64,000 nucleotides of DNA, taken from positions 70,248,001-70,312,000 of the forward strand of contig CM059438.1 in the NCBI GenBank assembly GCA_030390025.1. Direction: 5' to 3'. Below the pieces are notes generated by a model, which was not told the origin of the DNA, did not search any database, and saw only the letters and a program-made list of their open reading frames with translations. Source of the stretch: Squalus acanthias (Eukaryota). Position 1 is the stretch's first letter. Every line of letters begins with the position of its first letter. Below, piece by piece: positions 36,666-50,428 of the stretch. Made by a program: the position numbers and the translations under genes.

Positions 36666-37110
36666 GACTTAACCCTTATATTACTTTTTAATTTTCTAGT
36701 TTTAGTTTATTTATTGACTTTTGTTTTCCCGAAGCTTACTTAGACCAATGTATACTGTACTCCTCTTATTCCTTTTTAAACTAACCAAATCCCACTAGTT
36801 TTAGTTTTACTTTCTAGGAAGGTTTGAGGAAAGTACTTACCAGTTAGTCATACCTCCCTGGTCTTTCGCTGACTTCCCGGTCTTGTGTCCCCTTGGTCCT
36901 ACGCCGACTTCCCGCTCCTCCCGGTAACCATCCTGCCCTGCTGAAAAGAAACTGAGACCAAAAAATTTGTGACCTCTGTTTTTAGACTGCTAAAAGACTA
37001 GTAGGTTAGAGGAGGAGGGCGGGTGGGGGTTCCTACTCTGTAGGAACTCGGGTTTAAGCCACCACCCTCCTTAAATGCCGTTCACCTGGGTGCTTCCCAC
37101 CTGGTCCGCT

Positions 37111-37886
37111 TCCGGTCTCGTCGCTCCCGACAACAGCCTGTGAAGAAAAGCCCGCGAACGTGAGTTCAAATACTCACAGCACCTCACAGCACCTCCGGTC
37201 TCGTCGCTCCCGACAACAGCCTGTGAAGAAAAGCCCGCGAAAGTGAGTTCAAATACTCACAGCACCTCACAGCACCTCCGGTCTCGTCGCTCCCGACAAC
37301 AGCTTGTGAAGAAAAGCCCGCGAAAGTGAGTTCAAATACTCACAGCACCTCACAGCACCTCCGGTCTCGTCGCTCCCGACAACAGCCTGTGAAGAAAAGC
37401 CCGCGAAAGTGAGTTCAAATACTCACAGCACCTCACAGCACCTCCGGTCTCGTCGCTCCCGACAACAGCCTGTGAAGAAAAGCCCGCGAAAGTGAGTTCA
37501 AATACTCACAGCACCTCACAGCACCTCCGGTCTCGTCGCTCCCGACAACAGCCTGTGAAGAAAAGCCCGCGAAAGTGAGTTCAAATACTCACAGCACCTC
37601 ACAGCACCTCCGGTCTCGTCGCTCCCGACAACAGCCTGTGAAGAAAAGCCCGCGAAAGTGAGTTCAAATACTCACAGCACCTCACAGCACCTCCGGTCTC
37701 GTCGCTCCCGACAACAGCCTGTGAAGAAAAGCCCGCGAAAGTGAGTTCAAATACTCACAGCACCTCACAGCACCTCCGGTCTCGTCGCTCCCGACAAAAG
37801 CCTGTGAAGAAAAGCCCGCGAAAGTGAGTTCAAATACTCACAGCACCTCACAGCACCTCCGGTCTCGTCGCTCCCAACAACAGCCT
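37111..37886 (-). repeat. Tandem array of an 83-bp monomer (~9.3 copies) in the CR1 5' UTR
   Basis: Unit starts tccggtctcg at 37111, 37194 ... 37858; units nearly identical. Confidence 0.97.
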
Positions 37887-38894
37887 ACACCATAAAGCAT
37901 CTCTACGGTGCCCAAGCCATTCCTTTCACACTCATCACATTGTGGGCGGCGGGGGGGCGGGTGGGTGGCGGGGTATCGTTATGTCTCACCATTCATTGCA
38001 ACTCACTAAGCCACTTCCAATGGTGCACACAGATCTGTCCAAGAACCCAAAGTGTTGACAAGAACGATTTCATTGTTTGACCACACATTAACAGAAACTT
38101 TACATGAACATTGGCAATAACACCCAAGTGCCTACCTTTGTGTACTGTTAGTTGGTATGATTGGACAAGGATGAGGGTGAGTGTGAGGGTGAGTATGAGG
38201 GGTGGCTAGTGAGATGGGGAAGTGATAATATAGATAGAGAGGGATGGGTGGAGGTGCAAGGTAAGTTGGTGTGAGTAAAGCTGTGCAGGAGTAGGGTAGG
38301 GAAGGCAGAGTGATGGGGATGTGATGAGTGGCACAGCAGGATGAGGTTGAGTGTGGCTTTGCAGTAGCATTTTGTGATCTACTGAGATCATTGAAAGGTT
38401 TGCGCCACTGCAGCCTGGTCCTCCTAACGACATCCCTACTTGTGCTCTCCTGTGCAATGTGCAACCAGGCTGCAGTGACGCATGGGGAGGTGTCTTCCGC
38501 CCATTGGAAGGGAAAAGAACTACCCTGCGTGCTGTGACTCCCTCCATAAGAATATGGAGGGAGTAATGGAAGAGCCTAGGTGCAGCCGTGCACCTTTGTG
38601 CAGTGCTTGTCAGTATTTGCAGCACCTCAATGCTGCAGAACACTGACAGCACAAATGTCAAAATGATTGTGGACACGGTCCCTTTAAGGAAACCAGCGTC
38701 AAATGACGTCATCAGACCCACTTCCTATTAATTTGCCAGGAACCTCCCACGGCGGGCTTAACAAGCCCCATCAACGGAATATCTTGTTGGAGGCCGGGAT
38801 TAACACAGATGCGGGGTCCTCACACGCCACGGACGTCGCCCGCCCCGGACCCGCCGAGGTTGGAAAAATGCAGCCCCATGATGCTGAAACAAAC

Positions 38895-39150
38895 TCTGGC
38901 ATTATTTGAAGAGAAAAAGCATGTTCTCTTGGTGTTCAACATTCCTCTCTAAACCAACAGCTCCATAGCCTGATTAACTGCTCATTTATCTCATTGTTGT
39001 TTGTGGATCTTGCAGCATAAATCTTGGCCTCTGGTAGCGTATATAACAATAGTGAACACACTTAAAATATAATTCATTGTCTGTGAAGCACTTGGGGACA
39101 TTTGTGAGAGATCTGAAAAGGTGCTATATCAAAGCAAATCCTTGTTCTTT
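38895..39150 (+). repeat. Deu-type SINE 3' part
   Basis: ggcattatttgaagag..ttgtttgtgg..gtgaagcacttgggg..aaaggtgctatat. Confidence 0.6.
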
Positions 39151-40725
39151 CAGTACCTGGCGAGCGCTGATGTTGGGTGTAAAAAGTGTGGAAAATGGGA
39201 TCTCAGTGTAATGTCCATTCCCAACACTAATATCCCCCACTGTGATGGGCACGGGAATAAATAAAAGCCTTCTGAATTGAAATATTCCCCACTCATGCCC
39301 TATTTAGATACAGAACTGTTCTGGCATATAGTCTCCAAGCTTGTGCCAACAATGCCTGTGTACAGAGAGATACAGCAAACTTAGGATGCATCTGAACAGT
39401 TCATCAAGTCACATCTTGATTTAGCCCAAGGCCTATGAAATTGCACACCATACAATTGATCCAAATCTGTGTCCAAGTCTACCAAAATAAATAACTGAAA
39501 TCCTTCTACAGTCATGGGGGGGGAATCCAAATCTAATTAAAAGTCACAGCTCTGAAATAATGTCAAGTTATGTGTAATTGAAAAGAGGTAACCATCAGTT
39601 ATGTTGATACGATCACCCGAGAAATAGTTCAACCAGTCATATCCCTTGAGGCTACTTCCACATGCCACATAAGTATTTGCATAAAAATCTACTCCGACGC
39701 ATTGATGCTAAAACGTCAGGACATCGGCACTGAGCTGCTGATCAACACCGAGCACTGAATAGCACAGTGGAAATCTGTGTTAAAAGTTAAAACCAGAAAA
39801 ACACAGCAAAAATCTGCAGAAGTGCTGACTGATGTGACTCACACGAGGCTGTGTCCAGGGGTTCAATCACCATGGGGAGCGGGGAGGGGTTCTTTACTGC
39901 TTGGTAAATAAATTATCTTGCAAACTTTGATAACTGAATAATGCACATGCGGGTATGATGCAGAGTATTGTACCTGAGGGTACAATTTGACCTCAGATGT
40001 TGCTTATAGTCCAAAGAAAATCATGTGATGCATTTATTTATTTACCAATATATAGTCTCCATCCTCTTTCTGTTGCACTTGCATAAAGAATGCAATCTTA
40101 CTCCAGCCGATCGTGACTTCAGACAGCAAGGGGAAGGGTAAAGATAAGAGGGAGCATCTATTCTTTCTATCCTGCTTTGCTGGCACTGACTGCACCGAAA
40201 CTAGCATTCAGCTGTCAGTGTGATTTACATCCAAACTTCTGATCAAAGAACAGAGGAAGGAGAGCCAGGGGCTGCGAGTTAGTTGTGATTGATTAAATCA
40301 TTTTCACTTTTCAGCGCCTTATAATTTCCGTGCAGGGTGTTTTATAGCATCCAAATGATGAGCCTTGGGAGACCTCCAGGAATCTTTCCTGTATAAAACA
40401 TGGGCTTGGGCCCAAATGCGCTTGGGCAGAACTGTAAGAGCAAAGGGAGATTTCTGCATGGTGTTTGCTAATATACTGAAATTATTTACTCTCACTTACC
40501 TAGCTCATTTTTATAATTGTGGTGTTCGCCTCTGCTTGGAGGAAACCCCTTCTGGTTGCCTAGTTGAAGTTCTGTTGTGCAAGCCAATCAGCAAGGAGTT
40601 CCGCAAAAAAACACATCAATTTCTGCTCCACCTAAACCCCAGGAGCCACCTTTTGGTCAGAAAGGAGAAGTGCATTAGTTCACATTGGTAGCTCAGTGCT
40701 TCCATGCAGCAGTGTGTATGTTTTC

Positions 40726-40731
<6 letters not shown>

Positions 40732-40757
<26 letters not shown>
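40732..40757. repeat. (TA)n microsatellite
   Basis: About 13 TA units. Confidence 0.95.
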
Positions 40758-40762
<5 letters not shown>

Positions 40763-41449
40763 TGTGTCTGTATGTGCAATTTTAGAAAACACAAGGGTAT
40801 AAAAAAACTAATAGCATGCCCATTTTATCCAATAAAACTGATGGATTACCCAGCTATGCGTAAGTTTCCCAAAACCAAACACATAATGGTTTCAAGGAAA
40901 GAGAAATGTTCCCCAAGATCACTATTAAAGTCCATTGCTAGTATTTATTGTGTCTGGCTTGCACTTGTTCAAGCCTCATTAAAGGTCATTGGTTTCTGTT
41001 ATTTCTCATCATTTAAATGAAGAAGGAAGCCTGAATCGCTACCTTCTCTTTACCACTGTTTGGAAACAGCTTCATTACTGTAAGAGATCCAAGAGTCAAA
41101 AAAGAAATGAATAAAAATGATTTTATGGCGATGGAATGACCACGTGGGCTGGCACACGACCCTTTCATTTCTGGGAGCTGGAATCCAGCCCAGGCTGTTG
41201 GACTGAAAGTCTCCGCTCTCTGCTGATTGTAAGGTCCTTTGTGACAGACATTGTGAGAGAAGCAACCCCGTTCCTAGTCGGCATGGGCCTATAGAAGACT
41301 TCCACAAATTGCTCCTAATGTGGAATCTCATTCAAGCTTTATTAAGGATGGTGAGTGCAAGAAATGAAAAAAAAAATGTACTGGTGTCTGAGGAGGTGCT
41401 TTCTGAGGTCCAGCTACATTTTTGGAACAGGGCAGTATTCAGTTCTGCA

Positions 41450-43757
41450 TTAGCAGGTTACAGATTCAAGCTTCACTCTAGGACTTGAGCAGATAACCAA
41501 GTCTGGCACTTCAGTGCATTACTGAAGGGAGCGCTGCGTTGTACGAAGTGTAGTCTTTAAGAACATAAGAAATAGGAGCAGGAGTAGGCCAATCGGCCCC
41601 TCGAGCCTGCTCCGCCATTCAATAAGATCATGGCTGATCTGATCCTAACCGCCAATCTACTATCACAGAACCATCTCCTGCATCTAACAGAATTGCACAC
41701 ACGAAATAGGAGCAGAATCAGGCTACACGGTCCCTGGGCTCGCTCCACTACCCACAGGGCCATGACCGATCCGAACCTAGACTCATGTCCAAATTCCTGC
41801 CCGCTCCCCGTAACCCTTAATGCCCTTTACTTCTAGGAAACTGTCTATTTCTGTTTTAAATTTATTTAATGATGTAGCTTCTACAGCTTTTTGTGGCAGC
41901 ATATTCCATGGACCTACCACCCTTTGAGTGAAGTAGTTCCTCCTCATCTCAGTTTTGAAAGAGCAGCCCCTTATTCTAAGACTATGTCCCCTAGTTCTAG
42001 TCTCACCCGTCATCGGGAACATCCTCCCCGCATCCACCCGATCCAACCCCTTCACAATCTTATATGTTTCAATAAGATCGCCTCTCATTCTTCTGAACTC
42101 CAATGAGTAGAGTCCCAATCTACCCAACCTCTCCTCATATGACCACCCCCTCATCCCCGGGATTAACCGAGTGAACCTTTTTTGCACTGCCTCGAGAGCA
42201 AGGATGTCTTTCCTTAAGTAAGGACACCAAAACTGTATGCAGTATTCCAGGTGCGGTCTCACCAATACCTTGTACAACTGAAGCAATACCTCCCTATTTT
42301 TATATTCTATCCCCCTAGCAATGAAAGCCAACATTCCATTTGCCTTCTTAATCACTTGCTGCACCTGCCTACTAACCTTTTGAGTTTCGTGCACCAGGAC
42401 CCCCAGATCCCTTTGCACTTCAGTACTCTCCAGTTTCTTGCCATTAAGATAATAAATTGCTCTAGGATTTTTCCTGCCAAAGTGCATCACCTCACACTTT
42501 CCAGTGTTGTATTCCATCTGCCAAATCTCTGCCCACTTACTTAGCCTGTCTATGTCCCCTTGCAGGTTTTTTATGTCCTCCTCACTCACTACTTTCCCTC
42601 CCATCTTTGTATCATCTGCAAGTTTTGATATGTTACACTTGGTCCCTTCCTCCAAATCGTTAATATAGATTGTAAAGAGTTGGGGACCCAGCACTGACCC
42701 CTGTGGAACACCACTAGTTACTGATTGCCAGTCTGAGAATGAACCATTTATCTCAACTCTTTGCTTTCTGTTAGATAGCCAATCCTCTATCCATGCCAGA
42801 ATATTACCCCCAATCCCGTGATTTTTTACCTTAAGCAATAATCTTTTGTGTGGCACCTTGTCAAATGCCTTTTGGAAGTCTAAATACACTACGTCCACTG
42901 GTTCCCCTTTATCCACTCTATATGTTACTTCCTCAAAGAACTCCAGCAAATTTGTCAAACATGACTTCCCCTTCGTAAAACCATGCTGACTTTGTCCTAT
43001 TAAATTATGATTATCCAAATGTCCTGTTACTGTTTCCTTAATAATGGACTCCAAAATTTTACCTACCACAGATGTTAGGCTAACCGGTCTATACTTACCA
43101 GCCTTCTGTCTACTGCCCTTTTTAAATAAGGGTGTTACATTAGCAGTTTTCCAGTCTGCCGGGACCTTAGCGGAATCAAGGGAGTTTTGAAAAATTATTA
43201 CCAATGCATCTACAATCCCTACCGCCACTTCCTTCAAGACTCTAGGATGTAAGCCATCAGGTCCAGGTGATTTATCCGCCTTGAGTCCCATTATTTTACC
43301 GAGTACCACTTCCTTAGTGATTTTGATCGTGTTTAGCTCCTCTCCCCCTGTAGCCCCCTGTTTGTCCAGTGTTGGGATATTCTTAGTGTCCTCTACTGTA
43401 AAGACTGATACAAAATATTCATTCAGTGTTTTTGCCATCTCCATATTTCAGATGAGATGTTAAACCGAGGCCCCTTCTGCCTGCTTAGGTGGACGTAAAA
43501 TATCCCATGATACTATTCAAAGAAGAGCGGGCTGTTTTCCCGCTTTCCTGGACAATATTATTCTCTTGATCAACACCACCAAAAACAGATTAGCTGGTTA
43601 TTCATCTCATTTGCTGTTTGTGGGACTTTGCTGTGTGCAAATTGTCTGCGTTGCATTTGACTGCACTTCAAAAATAATCAGCTGGTTATGAAGTGCTTTG
43701 GGGTGCCATGAGGACATGATAAGGCGTAAAATAAGTGCAAGTTCTTTTTTTTTCTTT
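41450..43757 (+). repeat. Deu-type SINE split by a CR1 (41450-41557 and 43447-43757)
   Basis: gggagcgctgcgttgt..gtcttt resumes at ttcagatgagatgttaaaccgagg; same family as 15915-16306. Confidence 0.75.
41558..43446 (-). mobile_element. 5'-truncated young CR1 LINE
   Basis: Open 553-codon RT frame 41783-43444; CR1 3' tail. Confidence 0.95.
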
Positions 43758-45394
43758 GGAAACGAAATGAAAAAAAGTCATCCTTTCTCCAATATTAATA
43801 TCCCTTAACTTGAGCCCCAAAACAAAGGATTTTAGGAGGGTGAGATGGCATTGCTGTTGCGATTTGGTTAATGTGTAAATATAACTTCACGATGGGCTAA
43901 ATGGCCTACTCCTGTTCCCATGTTGCTATGTCCTATGTCCTATGACTGCTGCTGAACCCAATAACCCAGAAAGTGCTGGGAACAACCAGGTGTGGGTGTG
44001 GCTCTGATTTTTATTCCTCGCTACAGGGAAATGCTGCTGCCTCTGATGGAAGCCTCTCTATTCAGAGCGGCTCTAATTGGACATTCAGATTTTCAGTACT
44101 TCTTCCCAATGTGGCTATTAATAACAGTAGAGAATGACATCCCGATACAAAGTCCTGCTGTATACATAGGGCTTTAATCGTCAATTGTTGCTACAATTCG
44201 GACTCTCTCTACATATTACTCATTCTCACTGCAACAGTCAAGTTCCATAGGCATGCCCTCAATCTGCTTAACAGGCAGATTGGCAGAAACACCAAAGAAA
44301 CTGGCTGTTTAGGCCATTTCTCCAGGGTTTCTGCCGAAGTCACGGCAGGAGATCAGAAGGACCCCCCACAGAAATTCCAGGCACATATTTGCACGGCAAG
44401 CAGAAAACCTTTTCGTACCATCAATTCCAACACTGCAAGCAGATTGGGTTACGCCCTCTCCAAAACTGCAATGCAAGACACCGCTGGGCCATATGATTCA
44501 GACTGTAAGCTGTTAATTCGTTTTTATTAAGAGACAGAGGCAAAAATACAGCAAATAGCGGAATGAATACAGCAATAGAAAACTCAATTTGTACTACTTG
44601 AAAATGTTCAAAAACAATAAAAATCATGAAGCCTCATCAAATGTCTTCAGTAACTTTGGAACATACATCCATCATGAAAAATTATACGCAAGAGAAAAAC
44701 CCCACAGCCCCTATAGTGGTACAGCAAGAAGGCAACTGGCCAGCGATTACTCCATTCCCAGTATACAGTATCTCTCATTTCTCTTTGATCCAAGCTAGTG
44801 GAAAGGAACGTAGATAGAAATTGTTCGTAATCAATCAAAGTTAACTGTATTGAAACACCTCCAGAAATCAACGACTCTTCAACTCAGCTTTTCACAAGTA
44901 ACAGGGCAACCTCTTGCATACCAGATTCAAAGCTCTTCTCCTCCAAGTCTGGTAAACCAGACCCCATGTTGAAACAGATATATTAGATAATGGCATTGTC
45001 TTCTTTTTTTCCAGTAGCCATCTTGCAAACTTGAGGATACAAACCATTTGTCCTGATAGGAGATGGCCTATATGCAATCTATATACAAATTATGGATGTG
45101 GATTTCTCCAGCTTCTCCCAGTACAGAGAGACAAAGTCAACACACTATCCCAGCATACAGCTGTGGAAGCCATTTTAAAGTAGTTACAATACTGGCAAGC
45201 TAACGGTTCCGATCAGTCGTGTATCGTGTAGAGATTCTTATGATCTGAAACAAAATAAATTATCTGGGCCCATCACCATTCACTCGTATTCTTTGAGTAT
45301 CTCTGTTTTATATCAACCTGGCCCTATAAGTTAAAACTATATATTAAGGAAACAGCTTTGTGGTTGGAGGTTCGGGTAGTTTTTAAAACAAGGA

Positions 45395-45567
45395 TAGATT
45401 TTAACTTGGCAGAAACCTGCAAATGTGGATTGGATGTCCATTATGTACCCAGCTCTGTGACATTCCTTTCCATTGAAGTCAGTGGAAAGGACAATTGGGC
45501 AGTTTGCATAATGGGCATTCGATCCACTCCTACCAGTTTCCTGCCTGATGGGAAATCTTAAAATCTA
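45395..45567. mobile_element. Old palindromic MITE
   Basis: tagattttaa / ttaaaatcta ends; nested inverted repeats ccattatg / cataatgg and central cctttccattgaagtcagtggaaagg. Confidence 0.6.
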
Positions 45568-46091
45568 CAGCTTGAATTTTGTAAAAGCAATTGATTTTTA
45601 CTGATAAAACAGAATATGGATCTGGAAAGCCCAAATGGTTCAGAAGAAGAATAAATGGCGAATGATCCAAGTTGGATTCCTGGTCTGTGCTGCGTTGGCA
45701 GATCTCAGCTGGGCTGCAGTCGTGTCCTCAAAACCCCTAGGCTCGAGAGGGGAAACATGAGCCAAGGGCCCTGTTCTTCATTGCTATTCAGTGACCTCAG
45801 TTGGAAGTGTTCATGATGAGTGAGGAGAGGAGCAAGCTTAGATCTGATGGCCACGTGGTCAACAACACCTGAAGAAATTCTACTTGGATGAGGTCGCAAA
45901 GAGTGCTCAGCACTCTTGAAGTTGTAGTCAATCAGCAGAATGGGAAGGGAGAAAATGGAGGAAGAATTTTTTTTTTAAATGGATCTGAGAATCAAATAGC
46001 AGTAATAAACTTGAAGTCTTGTGTCTTGTGCCTGAATAGTCACAGGGGCAGTAAAATTCCCAGTTTCTGTATGCGGTCTCATTGATTATCA

Positions 46092-48577
46092 ACAACAACA
46101 ACAAATTGTATTTATATAGCAACTTTAACACAGTAAAATGTCCTAGGGCACTTCACAGGATCATTATCACGTAAGAAGATATATTGGCAGATGACCAAAA
46201 GCTTGATCAAAGAGCTAGCTTTTAAGGAGCGTCTTAAGGAAGGAAAGAGCAGTGGAGAGGTTTACGGAGGGAATTCTAGAGCTTAGGGCCTTGGCAGCTA
46301 AAGGCACAGCTGCCTATGGTGGAGCAATTAAAGTCGGAGATGCTCAAGAGGCCAGAATTTGGAGGAGCGCAGACATCTCGGAGGGTTTTGGGGCTGGAGG
46401 AGATTGCAGAGATAGGGAGGGGTGAGGTCATGGAGGGATTTGAAAACAGGGATGAGAATTTTAAAATCGAGGCGTTGCTTAAGCGGGAGCCAATGTAGCT
46501 CAGTGAGCACAGGGGTGATGTGTGAATGGGACTTGTTGCGAGTTAGGAGATGGGTAGCAAAGTTTGGAAGACCTCAAGTTTACGTAGGGTAGAACGTGAG
46601 AGGCCAGCCAGGTGTGCATTGGAATAGTCAAGTCTAGAGGTAACAAAGGCATGGATGAGGGATTCAGCACAGATGAGCTGAGGCAGGGACGGATTCGAGC
46701 AATGTTATGGAGGTGGAAATAAGCAGTCTTAGTGATGGCGCAGATATGTGGTCGGAAGCTCATTTCAGGGTCAAATATGACACCAAGTTGCGAACAGTCT
46801 GGTTCAGCCTCCGACAGTTGCCAGGGAGAGGGATGGAGTCAGTGGCTTTGGAATGGAGTTTGTGGTGGGGACCGAAGACAATGGCTTCGGTCTTCCCAAT
46901 ATTTAGTTGAAGGAAATTTCTGCTCATCCAGAACTGTATGTCAGACAAGCAGTGTGACAATTTAGAGACAGTGGAGGGGTCAAGAGAGGTGGTGGTGAGG
47001 TAGAGCTGGGTGTCATCAGCGTACATGTGGAAACTGACGCTGTGTTTTTGGATGATGTCGCCGAGGAGCAGCATGCAGATGAGAACTAGGAGGGGGCCAA
47101 GAAGAGATCCTGGGGGACACCAGAGGTTACAGTGCGGGAGTGTGATGAGAAGCCATTGCACATGATTCTCTCTCTATGGCTGGATAGGTAAGAATGGAAC
47201 CAGCCGAGTGCAGTCCCACCCAGCTGGACGACAGTCGAGAGGCGTTGGAAGAGGGTGGTGTGGTCAACCGTGGCAAAGGCTGCAGACATGACGAGGAGGG
47301 ATAGTTTACCTTTGTCACAGTGACATAGGATGTCATTTGTGACATTGATTAAGAGCCGTTTCAGTACTGTGACAGGAAACCTGATTGGAGGGATTCAAAC
47401 ATAGATTTCGGGAAAGATGGGCACAAATTTGGGAGACAAAACCACGTTCAAGGACTTTATAGAGGTAAGGAAAGTGGTAGATGAGGTGGTAGTTTGCAAG
47501 GACAGAGGGATCAAGTTGTTTTTTTGAGGAGGGGGTGATGACAGCAGAATTAAAGGAGAGGGGGGCAATACCTGGGGAGAGAGAATGGTTAACAATATCA
47601 GCTAACATGGGAGCCAGGAAGCGATGTTGGTGGTCAGCTGTTTAGTGGGAATAAGGTCGAGGGAACAGGAGGTGGGTCTCGTGAACAAGGTGAGCTCAGA
47701 GAGGGCATGAGGGGAGATAAGAGAGAATCTAGAGAAAGATGTGAGTTCAGGGCTAGGGCAGGGGGGATCCTTAGGGGAAGTTTGGCCCAGTGGGCAAAGG
47801 GAAGGGAGGGAAGCAGCAGAGGCTGCTGATTGGATGGTCTCAATTTTAGTGACAAAGAAGTCCTTCTCGCATTTGTTGTTGGAGGAGACAGGGGAGAGGG
47901 GCTTATGAAGACGGTTTGCAGTAGAGAAAAGAAGCCGGGGATTATCTTTGCATTCCAGAATGATCCTGGAATATTGAGCAATTTTGGCAGACGAGAGCTG
48001 GACCCGAAAGTGCTTCATGTGATCCAGCCAGATCTGGTGGTGGAATGGCTAAACCAGTTGTCCACCATATCCATTCAACTCTGCGTCCCTTGGACTTAAG
48101 GGAGTGGAGATGAGGGCTGTACCAGGGAGAGATAGAGCGATGGTTTTAATGGGGACGAGGGCATGAAAGGTGGAGGTGAGGGTGTGGTTGAGCAGATCGG
48201 TAGCTGCAGAAATGTCGTGATGAATGGAGGGCCAAAGGCATGACAATTGGGATTTTGAAAGTGCAGTTGTAAGTGAATTAGGAGAGTTTTTTTCGAGGGG
48301 TGGACACAGAAGGAAGTAGGGTTGGGAGGGGGAAGGAGGATTTGGGTGGAGAGCGATACAAGGAAGTAATCAGAGATGGCCTTATCTGTAATTGACACGA
48401 TGGGCGTAGCGAGGCCACGTGAGATGGCAAGGTCAAGGGGGTGGGCGTGAATTTGGGTAGGAGAGTTTATATGGAGGGAGAGATTAAGGGAGGATAGGAG
48501 GGCAGTGAACTCAGAGGAAAGGGAGCATGATGAATTGAGATGGAGGTTGAAATGACCCAGGATTAGCTTCTCGTCAC
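46092..48577 (-). mobile_element. L2 LINE (degraded EN C-terminus through RT and 3' end)
   Basis: LG.FNLH, SAAF.TVDH, GVPQ, YADDTQLY, LHWLP motifs; (TTG)n tail; 54-bp flanking duplication. Confidence 0.92.
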
Positions 48578-50428
48578 AGTCACAGGGGCAGTAAAATTCC
48601 CTGTATATGTATGCGGTCTCATTGATTATCATCTGATTGCATGCAAACATAAAGGAACACTCAGGCTCCTTCACTGCAGAAGGACGTTCTAAAGTAGCCA
48701 GAGCTCAGTACATTGAGAGGCAGAGATCAGTCTGGCCGAACAGTGGGGGCCCTCACTCTAATCGGATGTTGTAAATCAAGTCCTGTGGCGCAGCCATTGA
48801 GTACAACACGGCAATCCAGCGGCCAAGTGTGACTGCATGCCTCTTTTAACCTTTTTATTGGTAAGAATTGAAGAATTTTTATTAATTTCAATGGGAATTA
48901 ACTGGTGTTTTTGGCCCGAACGGCAGAGGAAAAAGTTAGGCTAAGCAGTACCATGTGTAGAAGCCATCTGCAGCCCACAACGGTGACCAGTTATTTTTTT
49001 TTTTGAAAGGCTGCGTACACTGTGTTCCCGATTTCTTGTGCAGACACGATGATGGGATGAAATGGTTAGGGTGTGAACTTCTGCTGACGAGAATACAAAG
49101 AGCTGCTGCAGTGTTTAATTGGGGATTTTATTGGAATATTTCAGTGTCAATTACTGTTACTATTGGCCTTAGGTTCCCCCTTTAACCCACAAGGGAAAGC
49201 ATTAATCTTGCAACCAGGCAGCGAGAACCTTTGCCTCAGTGAGGAAAAGCATCTCAAGCTTGGCCAGATACAGAGTGCATTGGATATGGCTGTTCTTTTT
49301 GGAAATGGAGCACATGTATAAAGTGAAAAAGAACCCTTGGTTCCCCACCATCCATACCGAATACCGTCTTTAATGTCTGATTAAACGTTTGGACACCATC
49401 TTCTCAAGGAGAAGAAAGGGTCCCTTGATTTTGGCGACTCTGGACTGTCACTAATGGTTGACGGCCCCGCTCGTTAAATGGAGAGGGCTTTTGAGATTAT
49501 GGTGTAGGATATCGACATGCAAACAGTTAACACGTATCTGAATTTTCTGTCGCTGCTATTCTAGTATAACTAATTATTTTAAATGAGTTAAAAGGTCTTT
49601 TTGCACTGCCATTTCCAATCAGCAGAAACTGCAATATCAGACTAATGTATTAAACATTTGAATGCTGTTTGCCCGAGGCCAAAGTTTTATTAGCGAATTA
49701 TAACATTTTCATTTAAGAAAGCAATGTTTCAGATAAAACAATTAATTTTAAGACTGAATTAAAGCCACATCAATCGAGATTCTCCTTCTGCACACGCTCA
49801 CACGCATGTGCACATACTATACACACGCACACACTATTAATAACCAGCTGTAGCGATGATTCACTGCATGTTAAGATAGGTTTGGAAATAAAAGGGTTAA
49901 ACGGCAAAGAAAAAAATTATATTCATTTTTTTTTAAACTTCGATTTAATTCGAGCAGTCAGTGGCCCAAGTGTGCCATTACTGAAATTAACTGTAAGACT
50001 ACCATTAATTTTATTTCCTTCATAATGACAAATCTACACAGCACCATTTATCATTTCACAATGAACATATTGCTGCACTACACACCACAGATGTAGTTGG
50101 TATTCAGTGGGTGGGTACAGTTTGTGTGGAAAGGCATTATCTTCAAATTTAACCAGAGAGTAGAGTCGTCAAATTGTATAATATCTTCTCGTTTAGGTCA
50201 ATTTTCAGCCATAGCCCTGAGGGATTACTGATGATCCCAGAGTTTGTAGCTCCTAGGAGAATAATCCTTCAGCCCTGGAAACTTATCAGCATGGATAAGG
50301 GAAAACATCCATCATTCTACCAGACAATTCTGGATTTTTTTTTCTTTCCTTAGAGAAAGGGACATAAATGTAACATATTTAAGGACATTAGCACTGTCAA
50401 AACAACCAAAAATAAGCATTGTCAGAAG

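Larger units (their letters stand above)
32680..37886 (-). mobile_element. Full-length, young CR1 LINE
   Basis: 5' UTR with tandem monomers, ORF1, intact ORF2, 3' tail with tctatg-type repeats. Confidence 0.96.
31889..38876 (-). mobile_element. Non-autonomous Harbinger element, copy 2, interrupted by a full-length CR1
   Basis: Inverted homologue of 2108-7484; CAT at 31886-31888 and 38877-38879; Myb-like remnant at ~38385-38605. Confidence 0.8.

Noticed and set aside
37111..37886. CRISPR-like regular array
   Set aside because: No unique spacers and no cas genes; a plain tandem repeat inside a LINE
41150..41320. LF-SINE-like fragment (aatccagcccagg..gaaagtc..gttcctagt)
   Set aside because: Similarity is short and from memory; needs a Dfam search
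44400..45250. Possible old solo LTR on the minus strand (AATAAA near 44522)
   Set aside because: No partner LTR, clear termini or TSD found
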